A stretch of 63,739 nt of DNA, filler included, from Octopus bimaculoides (Eukaryota), in the NCBI RefSeq assembly GCF_001194135.2. It is 10 parts of 9 records of this genome, joined end to end, with 100 filler letters (N's around TTAATTAATTAA, not from the genome) between each part and the next. Parts side by side here need not be neighbours in the genome. Positions count along the whole stretch, not along the records: positions 61,652 to 63,739 come from NC_068996.1; 9 more parts are not named here. One strand, 5' to 3'. How positions within the stretch are numbered: the stretch's first letter is position 1; every line of letters begins with the position of its first letter. The translations under genes were made by a program, and so were the position numbers. The notes under the pieces were generated by a model that worked only from the letters and a program-made list of their open reading frames with translations, searched no databases and was not told the origin of the DNA. Below, in pieces: positions 63,429 through 63,739 of the stretch.

Positions 63429-63739
63429 CCTAAAGTAGAAAAGAATATTAGATCTTCCTGCTAGATTGTATCTAGGACTTCTTTTTCCTCTTCCTATGTT
63501 GTGCCGTCCCAGTGTTTTTTACGTATCTTATATATTATTTCTTAGAGCCTCATTATAGAACTCAGCTAACCGTATAAAAGCATTTTCATCAGAAAATATC
63601 AAGGATGCACGTTTCCTGTCTGCATGTGTCTATGTACGCTAAGTTATCAGATGGTTTGTGGTATGGTTCGAATCTAGTATCATCCACTCTCAAGGCTGTG
63701 ATGTGACACACACATATATATATATATATATACATACGT

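Overview
Repeat-saturated eukaryotic DNA from a draft assembly. About 7 kb (~11%) is N by my tally, and nine gaps are 100-bp pads built around TTAATTAATTAA. The extreme microsatellite load and the SINE families point to an octopus genome, but that is inference. Only one host coding exon can be supported: 45925-46100 (+), which resembles the extracellular ANF-type ligand-binding domain of a receptor guanylate cyclase. Much of the window may therefore be intron of that gene, with other exons outside the window or inside gaps. The rest is tRNA-derived SINEs of three main families (here called A, B, C) plus minor ones, and decayed LINEs (R4/Dong-like REL type, CR1-group, RTE, a gag-like ORF1). There are also two Penelope-like elements, Tc1/mariner remnants (DD34D-like and DD37D), hAT and piggyBac-like MITEs and a HINE-like element. 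Nearly all ORFs in the supplied track are microsatellite or gap artefacts. I cannot support a complete new multi-gene system. The best leads are four: (1) a LINE 3' end whose tail matches SINE A and shows a compensatory stem-loop change; (2) REL-type LINEs sitting in, and apparently regenerating, (TAA)n and (CATA)n microsatellites; (3) a decayed tandem repeat with a synonymous-substitution signature at 10.8-11.1 kb; (4) a ~680-bp fold-back palindrome at 59.9-60.6 kb. All alignments were done by eye and no database searches were run.
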